A DNA stretch of 63,960 nucleotides, filler included, from Olpidium bornovanus S191 (Eukaryota; Fungi; Olpidiomycota): NCBI GenBank assembly GCA_017911155.1. It is 35 parts of 35 records of this genome, joined end to end, with 100 filler letters (N's around TTAATTAATTAA, not from the genome) between each part and the next. Parts side by side here need not be neighbours in the genome. Positions count along the whole stretch, not along the records: positions 48,807 to 50,357 come from JAEFCI010002377.1; positions 50,458 to 51,940 come from JAEFCI010010938.1; positions 52,041 to 53,362 come from JAEFCI010011689.1; positions 53,463 to 54,590 come from JAEFCI010004062.1; positions 54,691 to 57,420 come from JAEFCI010001964.1; positions 57,521 to 61,334 come from JAEFCI010006505.1; positions 61,435 to 62,846 come from JAEFCI010011622.1; 28 more parts are not named here. One strand, 5' to 3'. This document shows, in pieces, positions 49,790-61,643 of this stretch (its first letter is position 1; the number at the start of each line of letters is the position of its first letter). The translations under genes were made by a program, and so were the position numbers. The notes below the pieces were generated by a model. The model was not told the DNA's origin. It worked only from the letters and a program-made list of their open reading frames with translations, and searched no databases.

Positions 49790-49918
49790 GGAAAGAGATC
49801 TGGCTCTCGACAAAAGCCAACGAGGAAAGATCTCTTCAAGATACAATGCTTCAAGTGCAAAGAATATGGCCATTACCGCTCTCAGTGTACGTCTGGTGTC
49901 GAGATCGAAACGCCTTGA
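49790..49918 (+). mobile_element. Retrotransposon gag CCHC zinc-knuckle remnant (Copia-like context)
   Basis: KIQCFKCKEYGHYRSQC = CX2CX4HX4C at 49847-49888, preceded by a basic tract. Confidence 0.7.
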
Positions 49919-50746
49919 TGGAGCCCTCTCGTCGTCGGGGAGAGTAGGGCGAAGAGCGATCGATGGGACGGGGGATGGGATGGCAGGTTGCGGAACCGAA
50001 CCCGCTGTGGGCTTGCGCGTAACAGAGGGGGGTTGCGAAAGAGCAGGGCGGGGGAGACGTGACGCTTCTCCTTCGAAGGGCACAAAAGAACCAGCGCGTG
50101 GACGGACGCTTCTGCTCCTGGCCCGACGGCGCAGGAAAACGCTCGAAACTTAACTCCTTCGACTTCGGGCTGCCCGACGGCAGCTTTCGTCCCGGACCCC
50201 TCTCCTCCGAATGTCTGACGGCAATTTCGACTTCGCTCTCTTTCCTTTTGACGTCGGGGGAATTTTTGCGTTGGGCAAAAAAAAAGGGGTAGCGAAACCA
50301 AAACACTTCGAGCAAGTGGACGGCGTCGCCGCACGTGACCCCGGTGGGCAAAAGTAANNNNNNNNNNNNNNNNNNNNNNNNNNNNNNNNNNNNNNNNNNN
50401 NTTAATTAATTAANNNNNNNNNNNNNNNNNNNNNNNNNNNNNNNNNNNNNNNNNNNNTCCTCTGTATAAAATAGGGTAGATTCCCGGAATAGAGCAGCTC
50501 CCGCGAGCTCCTTTCGAACGCAGAATTCAAGACTTCCTCCCCCCTCCGTCTGTCCCTCCCTCCCTCCCTCCCTCTCCCGCCCGCCCGCCCTCCCTCCCTC
50601 CCTCTCCCTCCCCCCCCAGCCCCTCCCCCCGTCCGTCTTCCTTCGACACCCGGACACGCCCCGCGAGGACACGAGCGAGCGAGCGAGCGAGCGTCTCGGC
50701 GCACTTCCTTTGTCCCCCCCCCCCTTCCCCGTCCGCCCCGCCAAAC

Positions 50747-51940
50747 ATGATCGAGCCGTTCACCGTGCTCTCGTCCAACGTCGTCGTGCTGGACTACTCC
50801 GTGTACCAGCTGTGGCTGCTGGGGAAGACCGGTGCGGGGGCGCTTTCTCCCCCCCCCCCCACCCGTTTCTGACCACGAAAGCGGGCGCTTTTTTATGCGC
50901 TTCGGTCCGAACGGTTATTGCTTTTTCTTCTTACTTCTTTCCTTTGCCGTCTTAACCCGAACGGACGCTTTTCTTCTCTTTTTCTTTTCTCTGCTGTTTC
51001 TCCGCGCTTCTAAGTCGACCAGGCCGTCGCGTACAGGAGGCAACACCTGACCACCCAGGCCTCACGGAAATCCGTGGCCTCGGCAGCCAGTTCCGTGGTC
51101 GCCGCGGGCGAAGCGAGCTCGGCGACGCAGCCGACGTCGCAGCAGCCCAAGCCGTCACCGGAGCCCGCGGTCTCGCTGCCGGTGGTGAGGAACTATATCC
51201 TCACGCAGTATCGGACCTTTGAGCTCCTCGAGCACTACCTGCATAACCCTCCGTACCTCGCGGACCATTTCCTGTTACCGATGACCAAGGACATGAAGGC
51301 CTGGCTGGTGGAAAGGTGAAAAAAAAAATTTACTTCGCGGCTGATCTCGCGGATGGGAAGAGTCTTGCCTATTTGCGACCTTCTTTGGCAGCTTCACGGC
51401 ACGCAAAGTTCGTTGACCGCTAACGTCGCGTTGCGCTTTTGCTCTGATGTTTATGCCGTTTTTTTTTGCGTCGTGTTGCCCCATGCCCAGGTATTACCAT
51501 TTTGATCAGTCGGTGATTCGGGAACTATTAGGGAAGAAGCTAAACTCCAGGATTCGGAAAGACTTGGACGGAGTGTGCGAGCGGACGAAGGGGCCGCTAG
51601 GCAGCTGCAAACGGCAGGTAGTTTCAGAGCGAAACGTTTGCCAGGTTTCACGAACCAGCCAACGGCGCTCGCTGACGTTCCGTGATTGCCACGTCCGGAT
51701 CACGACTAGTTCGATAACCTCAAGCGGATCATGAAACGGGCGGAGGACGTCGAGGGCCGCCCGATCGCTCAGGACATCGAAGAAAAGTTTATGCTCACAA
51801 AAGAGCAAGCGAGGTGGGCGTTCGGGTAATTTCCCTTCCGGTTGTTTTCGACGATTCGCGTGACGTTGCCACTCGCAATCTTCCAATCGCTGACACGGCA
51901 TCCTGCAGCCAGTACGCCCACATAATATTTATCAATAACA
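50747..51940 (+). CDS. FIBP: Acidic FGF intracellular-binding protein (FIBP) homolog, multi-exon, 3' truncated
   Basis: VLDYSVYQLWLLG; QYRTFELLEHYLHNP; YYHFDQSVIRELLGKKLNSRIRKDLD; SCKRQ|FDNLKRI. Confidence 0.93.
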
Positions 51941-52054
51941 NNNNNNNNNNNNNNNNNNNNNNNNNNNNNNNNNNNNNNNNNNNNTTAATTAATTAANNNN
52001 NNNNNNNNNNNNNNNNNNNNNNNNNNNNNNNNNNNNNNNNAAAAAAATTTTTCC

Positions 52055-52108
<54 letters not shown>

Positions 52109-52147
52109 GCCGTCGACGCCAGGCCACGTGTCCAAGGGCGACGCAAC

Positions 52148-52178
<31 letters not shown>

Positions 52179-52388
52179 CGGTCACCGGGCTGCGGCGGTG
52201 TCGGCCAGGAGGGCCCGGGCGGGAGACAACAACGCCGAAACGCCTCTCTCCGGGGGCTGCCGGGCGAGACAGAAAGCTCGCGCGGAGGAGGAGGAGGAAG
52301 AGGGGGAGGGGAGGAGCAGCGGCGAGAGACCCCCGGAGAGAACGAGAGAGATAGGCGGAGGGAGCGGGCGAAGAAGAAAGAAGATCTA

Positions 52389-53267
52389 ATGGCGAGCGCG
52401 GGCGTGCCGAAGCACCTGGAGGGGCATGTGACCGCGGCGGCGGCGCTGTTGCGGAGGAGGCAGATCGTCGGCTCGTACGCGGTTGCGCTCAAGACCGCCA
52501 TTTTGCTCCGGCTCGTGGTCACCCAGTCCCGGTGGTCGCACCCGCGGACCCTGCTCGGAATAGTCAAGAGCGTCGGGAAGCGGCTCATCGCCAGCCAGCC
52601 CCAGGAGCTCTGCATAGGGAACGTCGTCAGGCAGGTGCTTCACCTCATCCGGGAGGAGTACGTCACCATCGCGAGGCAGCTCCACCTCGACTCCGCGTCC
52701 TCCGTCGCGGGCAGCTCGGGCAGCGCGGGTGGGTCCGCGGAGGACCTTGACGATGCCGATCCGGACGGCGCGCCCGGCCCCGACGACGGGAGGAAGATGT
52801 TCCTGCTCGACCGGGGCGACCTCGCGGAAGCGTCGTCCGCGGGGACCGTCGCCCCCGGCGACGCCCTCTTTCTCGACCAGCTCGGCGGGCCCGGCGACCG
52901 CGACGGCGGGCTAAACCTGCTTGTCGCCGGGTTCCCGTCGCCGTCTTCCATGTACAACCTTTTCGGCCAGCTGGCGGTCCACGAGGACACGCCGAAAACA
53001 AACTTTGATATCCTCACCACAGTGGGCCGCGCGGCACCCCGCTCTGCCGCTCGATTATTATTGTTTTTTTTTCCAACGAACAGACGTCTCCGCCCCGCTT
53101 GCGACTGCCCTGGTTGTTCTTTGACGTTCGCGGGTCCACCTGTTATGCCCTTTTTTCTCGTCCACAATTCAAGCCCGCTGTCATGGAAGGACTTAACGAC
53201 ATGATCGAGGAAATCGAGAATTGTCACGCCAACATATCGAGCATGTCCTTGGACCACATCCATACCA
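52389..53267 (+). CDS. GCD7: Translation initiation factor eIF2B beta subunit, 5' part
   Basis: LRRRQIVGSYAVALKTAILLR...VGKRLIASQPQELCIGNVVRQVLHLIREE; EGLNDMIEEIE...ISSMSLDHIH. Confidence 0.93.
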
Positions 53268-53529
53268 AGTTGCGCCGCGCATTATGCGTTTTTTAATGTG
53301 GGTAGGACGCCGGTTTTCCCGCGATTGACCTCCTGACGGAACCCACGTAATTACTGTCCGTTNNNNNNNNNNNNNNNNNNNNNNNNNNNNNNNNNNNNNN
53401 NNNNNNTTAATTAATTAANNNNNNNNNNNNNNNNNNNNNNNNNNNNNNNNNNNNNNNNNNNNCCTCGCGGTTCCTTTTTTGTTTTTTTTTTGTCTGGTTT
53501 TTGTGTAACGTTTAGTCTCTGCAAAAAAA

Positions 53530-53942
53530 AAAATAAAAAAAACAAAAAAACAGACGAAACCAGACACTTTCTTCAAGGACATGACGCAGGACCAGATCCG
53601 GTATCTCCAACATAACACGGTGTTCATGCGAGAAGTAGAAGGGGAAGGCACGTTCTTCGACTCGGGCGGCGTTCCCGACGAAGAGGCGAAGGAACCGGGC
53701 GAGGAGATGGAGACGAGAGAGTAAAGTTGCTAATGCGTTGCAATAACTATCACGGCCTTTCCTTTTTTTTTTTGTCGTCCCACACGCACTTCTTTGCGTG
53801 CGCGACAAAGATTTCTAACTCCCTCCGGCGGTTTCCGCATGGCCACAGCGACGGACAAACGAAGGAGGAGACTGACGAGGTTCTTCAACGGCTCATGGAC
53901 GCGAAGGCAGGCAAGATGAACATCCCCGCACAAGAACAAGAG
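53530..53942 (+). CDS. Two probable exons of an unknown acidic protein
   Basis: FKDMTQDQIRYLQHNTVFMREVEGEG...ETRE|...EETDEVLQRLMDAKAGKMNIPAQEQE| with GT donors. Confidence 0.35.
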
Positions 53943-53992
53943 GTGGGGAAAGAGCAATTCTTTTTTTTTGAGAAACATGTTTCACGGAGGGG

Positions 53993-54023
<31 letters not shown>

Positions 54024-54202
54024 GGGGAGGTGGACGAGGCGCGCGACGGAGTGTGCGGGGCCGCACACGCGCGCGCACTCCCGTCTATCTCCTCCTCCGG
54101 AGGATTCCCCCACCCACCACTCCGCCCTTCTTGTTGGGTGCGCCGCGTCGAAGTCCTCTTCGGCTCCCCGCCGGCCCCCCCCCCCCCCCCCCCACGGCTT
54201 TG

Positions 54203-54523
54203 CTATTCCTCGTTGCTCGACTCGCCGCGCAGCTTCGCCAGCTTGATGCGGTACTGGCTGAGCCGGGTCTCCGCTTCGATCAGCCTGGCGTCCACCTCGA
54301 TGCGCCGGATGCGCGCTTCGAGCAGCCGCGTGGCGAGGTAGAGCTCGATGTGGCGCTCGACCGACGCCGCCGACAGCGCGGGCGTCTCGTAGCTCCGCGC
54401 CGCTCCCCTTCCTCCCCCTCCTCCTCCTCCCGGCGGCGGTGGCGGCAGAAGGCCGTCGATCGGCGCGGCCATGGCTTCCTCGGCCTGCCGCATCACTTTC
54501 TCGTAACTCCTCGGCGCGCCCAT
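54203..54523 (-). CDS. C-terminal exon of an unknown coiled-coil protein
   Basis: SVERHIELYLATRLLEARIRRIEVDARLIEAETRLSQYRIKLAKLR, stop at 54203; GC3-rich codons. Confidence 0.45.
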   Translation of the reverse strand: MGAPRSYEKVMRQAEEAMAAPIDGLLPPPPPGGGGGGGRGAARSYETPALSAASVERHIELYLATRLLEARIRRIEVDARLIEAETRLSQYRIKLAKLRGESSNEE

Positions 54524-55737
54524 CGCGAGGAGATGGGGCCGGGTGGGCTGCGGCTGTTTCTCGTGCGGCTGCCGGCCGCTTGGCGCCGGCNNNNNNNNNN
54601 NNNNNNNNNNNNNNNNNNNNNNNNNNNNNNNNNNTTAATTAATTAANNNNNNNNNNNNNNNNNNNNNNNNNNNNNNNNNNNNNNNNNNNNCTGGATAATA
54701 CGCGGTGCCCTCACCCAGCCTTCCCAAAAACGGCCGACGCGGGATTTTTTTTTTTTTTGGCACTCGGCAATTTCTTTCATTCTCCCGTGCATTTCCCACA
54801 CAAACACATGTCTGAGATCTTAGGGGTTTTCAACCAGAAAGTATAATGAGCTAAATAAAGCGAATTATTGCCCGTTTTGCGAATCGCGTGTACCTTGGAA
54901 TTCTCCCTCCACTTTTTTTCGAATCCATTTTTTTTCCCTCTTCGGAGAGCGTCGGCGTTGCACCCGTTCGTCGGCGGCGGTCGCTTGCCGCGGAAAGTTC
55001 CGGGACGCGAAATTTTGCGCGGCGAATATCCCCTTCCTCTCCGCCCCCCCGGCGTCGCGCGCGTTCCGAGGGCACGCCCCTCCCTCCCTCCCCGCCCCTC
55101 CGCCCGGCGCGCGCGCCGTGCAACAACGGCCGCTTGGATTTGAGATATGACAAGAGCGTGGCAACTTCTCCGTGAAGCTCCGGATCTTAAGCGCTCGACC
55201 CGGTGAGACGCGGCAGGCGCCGTCAATGCAGAATTCGGGCCAAATTATCGCGTCCTGCGCGAGTTCTTACCCGCGCCCGGCCGTCGTGAACGAGAAGGCA
55301 GGTTCAGGCTTCACTTCAGGTAGTTCAGAATGCAGCTCTTCCGGTATTGCAGACCGAGTTCTTTACAGGAAAGCGAGTTTGCCGTCCGGGAATCGTCAGA
55401 ACCGCTGCCTAACCGACCGGCAGCAGCCCAAAAGAAGTCAGGTTGCGCTAACTTTATGCGTTTGGCTAATGTGCTCTTGATAGACACTCTCTGCGGCGAC
55501 TGCTCATCCATTTGCACTACAGGCACCCTTTTATGTACGGACGTATCCGAACAGGCTGTTAACGTGCTCGCGTACAAGCACACGCATAGAAATCACCGTT
55601 CTTTCCCAGTTCCAGTTGCACGAGACGTTGCTCAGGTGGTGCGCGAAATGCGTGTGAAGACGGTGCGAACACTCGAACCGGCAGGGGAAGTTGGATGAAT
55701 CGGAAAAACTTAAGGGGGAGAAAACAGAAGTGGAAGG

Positions 55738-55772
<35 letters not shown>

Positions 55773-55790
55773 GGGAAAAAAAAAAAGGGG

Positions 55791-55827
<37 letters not shown>

Positions 55828-56022
55828 AGGGAGAAAACCCGGCACAAGGGCCACTCAACAGAAGGCGACTCTGCGTTCCAGACGCCCCCTTCGGACCACG
55901 TCGAACGAAAAAAACGGAAGAACCCGAAAAAAAAAAAAAAAATGCCGGCGCCGCCGACCCTTCCCCCGCCGGCCGAGCCGCAGTCTTGCTCGCACGACAG
56001 TGCCCCCTGCTCCGGCCCAGTC

Positions 56023-57257
56023 ATGGCAGACTGCGAGCAGGTGAGCCCGAGGGCTGCCGCGGCGCTCGAGGAGTGGCATCTTTCCGTAACCCGGCGGCCC
56101 GGGGCTGGAGAGAGAGATACAGAGACAGAGAGAAAGAGACAGAGAGAGAGAGAAAGACAGAGAGAGGATTTGCCGGAAGGGCAGAACGCCGGAGGCGCGG
56201 TGTATGCCGGTCGGCGCGGGCATCTTAGGGCCGCACGCCTTCAGTCGACATTCGGGCCCACAAGGCAGGGGGGCTCGTGGCGGCGCGGCTGTTTAAGTTT
56301 CTTCGGCTGACCCTTCGGCTCCCTCGTACTTGGCAGGTCAGGAAAGCGTGTCAAGCCCTCCTAGACCACGATAAGAAGTGGAGGAAGATTAGACAGCGCA
56401 GCCAGAAGGATTCCCTTTTCCATTCCGCCTCGTCTGTTCCGCTGTTCCTGCAGATATCCCTTAATGCAATGCCGGAGAAGCAGACGCTCCGACCGCGCAT
56501 CGTGGAGCTCCGTCACCCGCTACAGGCCGAGGAAGACAATAGACTGTGCCTCCTTGTCCGCGCCGACGAGAGGAAAGCTTTAATGGCGGCCGCGGCGGAG
56601 GCAAACATACCCAACCTCAAGGTCATGCCGCTGGAAAAGCTGCGTGGGAAGTACAAGGCTTTCGAGGCCAAGCGTGAGCTCGTCAAGCGCTTTGACACCT
56701 TTGTTACCAGCCCCCGCGACTGGCCTGTTGTGCGGGACCTGTGCGGCAAGACATTTACCAGGGGAAAGAAGTGCGTTGTCCCGAGAAGTTGTCCTGACCG
56801 CCAGTTCCGTGGCCAGGGATTTCTTTGTTTCCACTCCGCGCGGTGGTGGTAAATCTCATTGCTCGCGTTATCCCGACTTCCGATAGTCAACCAGCGTGTC
56901 TCGACGTGAAGGCCAAGAACCTGAAGGACCAGGTCGCGTATATCCGCTCCTGCACGAAGTTCGTCATCAGCGGCACGTCTTGGTACGTGCCACCGTGCTG
57001 TCCTCGTCGGTCCCAGCCCAATCTATTTCGCATATTCCTTTCTCACGCTCTGCTCTTTTAAAAGCACGCTCCAAGTTGGGAACATGGACATGGCCGTCGA
57101 ACAGCTGGTCGAGAACGTGACGGCGGCGATCGAGGGTGCAGCGAAGGCGCTTGCGTTCAACCGGTTGACGTTCCGAGAACTAATGCTCAAAACGGACAAG
57201 TCGCCCGCACTGACCGTGTACAAGGTTTGCCAAAAGAAGTCCGCCACCGTGGAATAA
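56023..57257 (+). CDS. Ribosomal L1 domain-containing protein (RSL1D1/Cic1/Utp30 family)
   Basis: VRKACQALL...RPRIVELRHPL...LCLLV...KVMPLEKLRGKYKAFEAKRELVKRFDTF...GKTF...KK; VGNMDMAVEQLVENV...LKTDKSPAL. Confidence 0.88.
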
Positions 57258-57520
57258 AATTGCCTCCCCTACGCATACCCTTGGGTTCCCGCTTGCCCAC
57301 ATGAGCGGTGCGCCCGGTGGCGTGCCCCCGCCGCGCCTCCCAGCACATCCCCGCGCTGTAGAATGAAATACGGCAACCCACGGCCGATGTGCCTATCAAT
57401 CAAGCACAGCACGGTCTTGCNNNNNNNNNNNNNNNNNNNNNNNNNNNNNNNNNNNNNNNNNNNNTTAATTAATTAANNNNNNNNNNNNNNNNNNNNNNNN
57501 NNNNNNNNNNNNNNNNNNNN

Positions 57521-57558
<38 letters not shown>

Positions 57559-57769
57559 CCAAAAAACACCAAAAAGTTTCCCCAAACAACAAAAACCCCC
57601 CCTCCCCCCCCCCCCCACCACCCCGGATCCCAGCGAAATGTCAAAAAAAGCTCGCAGCAGAGAAGGCCAGGATGAGGTGGCCTGGCTCCATTCCCATGCG
57701 AAACCTGCGCCTGGGCGCGCAAACGAAACAGGAAAAAAAAGAGCGGCTGCTAAAAGCAGACAGCACCGT

Positions 57770-59343
57770 CTATTTCGGCCTGGTCGCAAACGCGACCTTT
57801 ATTATCTCTCTTCTAACTCCGCCCGAAGCCTTAGTGTCCCAAACGCTTTCGGCGCGGAGCACGAACGCGTCGTCCCACTCCGTGCGCTCCTCGGCCCCGG
57901 CCCTCTCCCGCTCAATCTCCTCGCAGAATGCCCGCGTCCCGCCGCCCACTCCAAAGTAGAAAGTCTTGGCCGCCACCAGCGCGATGCCGCCGGCGTCTTC
58001 CGGGAAGGCCGGAGGCCGGAGGCAGGCCCTGAGAGCGCGGCACAGGCGGGAGACGGAGGCCGGAGAGTAGACGGTCTCGGAGGTAAGGACCAGGTCGTAG
58101 AGTTGTGACGGCGGGAGAGTCCTCATCTTCGACTGTCGCGGCGGGGCCAACCGGACGCAGCGAACGCAACGGCAGCAGTGGGGAGGAGGCAACCGGGTGT
58201 GTGAGAACAACACTGCGGGAACAAAATTTTGGTCCTCTCAGCGCAAAAGACCCGGCGGTCTCGCGGACTTACAGCCAACCCGTCCCAATCACCCTTGAAA
58301 GCACGACAGCGCCTGGAGAGCGCGGCGAGGGCGCCTCGTCTTCTTTCTCTGGACTTGCCCTCGCCGTCAGCCTCCGCCGCTGTCCCCGGGTCCTCGGCCG
58401 CGTCCCCTTCTAGCGCAACGACGCGGCACTCGTCGCGCCCGCTGCCGGAGCCGGCGCCCGCGGCTCTTTCCGCGCCGAACTCCGGGCAGTTCACGATCAA
58501 GTTCGGGAGGGTGACCAGAGCCAGCACGTCCTCGTTGTAGTCCTGGACGTGCAGGGCCGACAGAGCGGGGCACCGGCGGAGCACGCAGGCCGACGGCAGC
58601 GCCGAGCCGCAGCCGAGCTCCAGCACGCGTTTGCCCTCCAGGTCCGGGCCGCAGACGCGGGAGGCCAGGTGGCCGGCTAGGTCAACCGAGCACTCCCACG
58701 TTTTGAGGCCGCCCTCGTACACCCCCGGCACCAGGTCGCTGGACTCGCTTATCGCCGCGGCCGCCCGGACCGCCGACGGGCCGGCGCGCCCCGCCACCGC
58801 CGACGCCGCGTCATCCAGGTCGTCCTCGGCCGCCACCTGGAATTTCACGTCCGCCATGTGCCGTTTCAGCAGCACCCCGCCGCCTGCCAAACGGACGGTC
58901 TCGATGAGCAGAGATGGCGGCAGGCTTCTTGCCTGCCGAGGCGAAGACGTGCGTAGGGACGAGGCGCTCCGCCACTCAGCAGACGCTTTTTCGGATTCCA
59001 AAACGTAACCGAAGCCCGCGGCGGTCGGGCCCAATAGCCGAGAGGGTCGGAGGATGGGAGGGGGGGGGAGGGGTGGGCTACTTACCTACCAGCCGCTCCA
59101 GCGGGACTTCGGCAAAAGGCTCCGCGTGGACGCGAGCGGCGACCGGATCTTCGTCGCCTCGCAACACGGCATCGAATGGCTTCTGCAGCTCGTCGGGCGC
59201 TGGATCCCTGACCGCCCCGTCTGCCTGCGGTTTTGCGGCGCCCGTCGGTTTTTGTGGGACGGTGTGAGCAAAAAAAAAAAAAAAGGCGGACCCGCTTCGC
59301 CTTGGGGGTTCGCACGACTCAGCGGCAGGCGGCGCGCGGGAGA

Positions 59344-59428
<85 letters not shown>

Positions 59429-59474
59429 TTCTGCTCGGGCAGCTTCTTCTCACCTGGAAGTCGAACCTGAACAT
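57770..59474 (-). CDS. HPM1: Histidine protein methyltransferase (Hpm1/METTL18), multi-exon
   Basis: MFRFDFQ first exon; SDLVPGVYEGGLKTWECSVDL; RVLELGCGSALP; QDYNEDVL; YDLVLTSETVYS; AAKTFYFGVGGG. Confidence 0.93.
59346..59424. repeat. (CT)n/(GT)n microsatellite inside an HPM1 intron
   Basis: ctctct...gtgtgt...ctct tract. Confidence 0.88.
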
Positions 59475-60092
59475 GGTCGCTGCTGCGGTCCAGCTGGGAG
59501 CGGTGCGAAACCTGCGGGACACGCCGCTTCCCGCTCTCCCTTCCGGTCTCCCGGAGCAGCACAGCACAACGACCAGCAGACGCCGGCGTCTTGCTGTTAA
59601 GTTTTGCACAAAACGGAGGGAAAAAGACAAAAAAGCGGCGCCCGTGATGGGGAAGATGCAGAAACTGTGCCGCCGCCTGGGGGTGGGGCGGAATGTGCAC
59701 GATATGGGCCGAAACAAGCGGGCCCCGCGTCGCTCGCTCTGGGGCACTTGCCCGCCTCCTCCTCTTCCCCTCCCCCTGAAGCGTCGCCCGCCGCCTGCCC
59801 CCGTCCCCCTCCCCTCCCCCTCCTCCCCCGCACCCACCCCACTTTGTGCCTGCAGAACGTTGGCGGGAAGAGGCGGGACGCCACCGTCCGCCGTCGACCG
59901 GGAACGAAAAAACCTCTCAAGTTCGTCGGAACACGGCAAACCTGGCCATCCCCGCCGCCCAGTCCGCGAGGAGAGACAACCGCTCCGCCCGCCCTGCCCC
60001 CCCCCTGCCTTTGCCCCTTCGCAGGCTGGTTGCAACTGTGGAGCCCTCTGTAGCAAGCCCGCGCGGCCCTTCGTTGGGGAGCCGGCGTTCAG

Positions 60093-61280
60093 ATGGAAAG
60101 CTCCGACTCCGGTGCCGGCGTCGACGCCGGCGTCGGATCTCACCACCGCGCCCGCCGCGTCTTCGGCCGCTGCGGCGACGGACTCCCCGCAAACTCACGC
60201 GACCTGGCCGCGGTTGCGGCGGCGCTCTGCGATGCCCCGTCTGCGCTGGTCACCTTCGCTCGCCAAGACGGCGCCAGCTTTCAGTGTGATCCGCCCGTGA
60301 GCAGGGGGTTTTTCGACCTGCTGTACTCCGCCGAAGGCCGCGGCGACAGCGACGGCGGGTACGTCGAGCTGTCCCAGTACGCTGCGACGCTGGTGCACGG
60401 GGGGTTGTTGGTGGTGTACCACCCCGCGTCGGACGCACGCTTCAGGGCACTCCCGTCGGTCGCGCGGCTCGGCGTTCAGTGTCTAGTCGTCGTCCCTCTG
60501 GTTACTCCGCGCGGGTCGCAAGTAGGACATTTGGCGGTTTTTTCTCGCCGGTCCAGACGTATTCCGCGGCATCGGCTGGAGGCTGTCGAACGCCTCGCCC
60601 GACATATAGCAAGTGACTGCGAACTTGTTGCCGTAGGACTGGAGAAGGCCAAAAACGCAGACCTGCTGAGCGTACTGAGCTCTCTGTCCGAGGCCGGCAG
60701 CATGGACACCGCAGAAGATGCCCTGAGATCTTCAATCCGTGAAATCTGCAGGTACACGGGATGGAAGCTGGGCCACTTCGTTAAATGCGATCGGTCAGAG
60801 CGACAATTTCCGACGGGTGTCTGGCACTCAGCAAACATGCAACGTTACGCCGACTTCATGGCTTACACCGAGACCGCAGTATCGCTCAGCGACGCGGACA
60901 GCTTGATCTGCAGGGCAGCCTGTAGTGGGAAGCCGGCGTTTTATGCCGATATTACCACGCTGCCGCATTTCAAACGTTCGTATCAGGCCTCGATGGCGGG
61001 ACTCAACGCTGTCTACGTTTTTCCAGTAGCTTCGGAAGATAAAGTTATAGGCGCATTCGAGTTCTTTGATGAGCGCTTCCAGGAGCCCAACAACGAGATA
61101 CTCCAGGTCTTGGCCCACGCCTGTGCCCAAATAGCGCGTGTAATCGTCAAGGTGTGGACGGAAGAAGCTTTGGACAAAGAGAGCGAGTTTCAAAAAGCCG
61201 TTCTGGCGTCTCTCATGGAAAGCGTCGTCGCCTGCAACAGCGAGGGTGTTCTCACCTTGTTCAATGACGCTGCACGGGAG
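60093..61280 (+). CDS. GAF-GAF-PAS sensory region, probably the N-terminus of a hybrid histidine kinase; first exon, output domain missing
   Basis: GAF1 (LCDAPSALVT...DARF...VVPLVTPRGSQVGHLAV), GAF2 (ICRYTGWKLG...LICRAACSGKP..DI...F.R...AGLNAVYVFPV...VIGAFEFF...EPNNEILQVL), PAS start (AVLASLMESVVACNSEGVLTLFNDAARE); probable donor at 61281. Confidence 0.8.
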
Positions 61281-61643
61281 GTCTGTGGACGTTTGTAACG
61301 AAGACGTCCTTTGCGACTCGTGTATGGTCTGGAANNNNNNNNNNNNNNNNNNNNNNNNNNNNNNNNNNNNNNNNNNNNTTAATTAATTAANNNNNNNNNN
61401 NNNNNNNNNNNNNNNNNNNNNNNNNNNNNNNNNNCATGCGCACTCGTGTCGCACTTCAGGCGTTTGAGAAGTGAGTGGAAGCAAACATTTTTGGACAGTT
61501 TACCGGAGCCGGCGGAAAGCGGACAAATAACGACAAAAAAGGCCGCCAGTTTATTCGTAAATAGCACTGCTCAGAAATGAAAATATCGTGCGCTCTATAT
61601 GCGATTAGCGTCGGTGGGAAATGCAATTTGCCGCGAAGCACGC

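Noticed and set aside
55531-56044. Poly-Lys/poly-Phe ORFs, or poly(A) tracts as retrogene tails
   Set aside because: Homopolymer tracts in non-coding DNA with no adjacent intronless gene copy or TSD.
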